Positions 63,860 through 64,000 of a DNA stretch of 64,000 nt are shown here, piece after piece; the stretch's first letter is position 1; each line of letters opens with the position of its first letter. Source of the stretch: Candidatus Bathyarchaeia archaeon (GTDB lineage Archaea; Thermoproteota; Bathyarchaeia; Bathyarchaeales; Bathycorpusculaceae); NCBI GenBank assembly GCA_038883775.1, contig JAVZLM010000003.1, forward strand, positions 32,001 to 96,000. Reading direction: 5' to 3'. Under the pieces are notes generated by a model. It saw only the letters and a list, made by a program, of their open reading frames with translations. It did not search any database and was not told the DNA's origin. A program made the translations under genes and the position numbers.

Positions 63860-64000
63860 ATGTCTCAAGAAGCTGAAAAAATAAAGAAGCTCGTGGCTTT
63901 TAAGAAAAAGCTTGAAAAAAGGGTTGAAGATTTAGAGGCTGAGCTTAAAGAATTGCAAACAATGCTTGAGGCAGTGAACTCCATGCTACTCGAAAAAGGG
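63860..64000 (+). CDS. Partial coiled-coil protein, truncated by the window end
   Basis: ATG 63860 opens MSQEAEKIKKLVAFKKKLEKRVEDLEAELKELQTMLEAVNSMLLEKG with no stop. Confidence 0.7.
   Translation, partial: MSQEAEKIKKLVAFKKKLEKRVEDLEAELKELQTMLEAVNSMLLEKG

Overview
Archaeal chromosomal window. The gene content and BRE/TATA-type promoters suggest Bathyarchaeia (Thermoproteota); this assignment is inferred. The left part holds housekeeping and catabolic genes: an ABC transporter with DUF47, an Fe-ADH, a nitroreductase, ATP-dependent DNA ligase, two TldD/PmbA pairs, S9, M14 and C45 peptidases, an MFS transporter and two thioredoxin-CcdA-like proteins. About 35 kb encodes secreted or membrane-anchored modular proteins carrying, by my motif reading, about 12 cohesin-like and 6 dockerin-like modules. 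The only recognisable dockerin-bearing cargoes are a subtilisin and an Opp/Dpp-type peptide-binding protein, which points to a cellulosome-like surface complex for protein degradation and peptide capture. Other signals read directly from the DNA: (i) an unannotated dual-guide C/D box RNA predicted to methylate 16S C1402 and 23S C1920 (E. coli numbering); (ii) a candidate antisense sRNA or invertible element beside an RHH regulator; (iii) patchwork near-identical tracts between and within surface genes; (iv) a recurring G/T-to-A/C strand-composition switch centred on those genes and tracts; (v) an orphan half-dockerin remnant. No tRNA, rRNA, CRISPR array, transposase or reverse transcriptase was seen. 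All domain calls are by eye and need HMM or structure confirmation.
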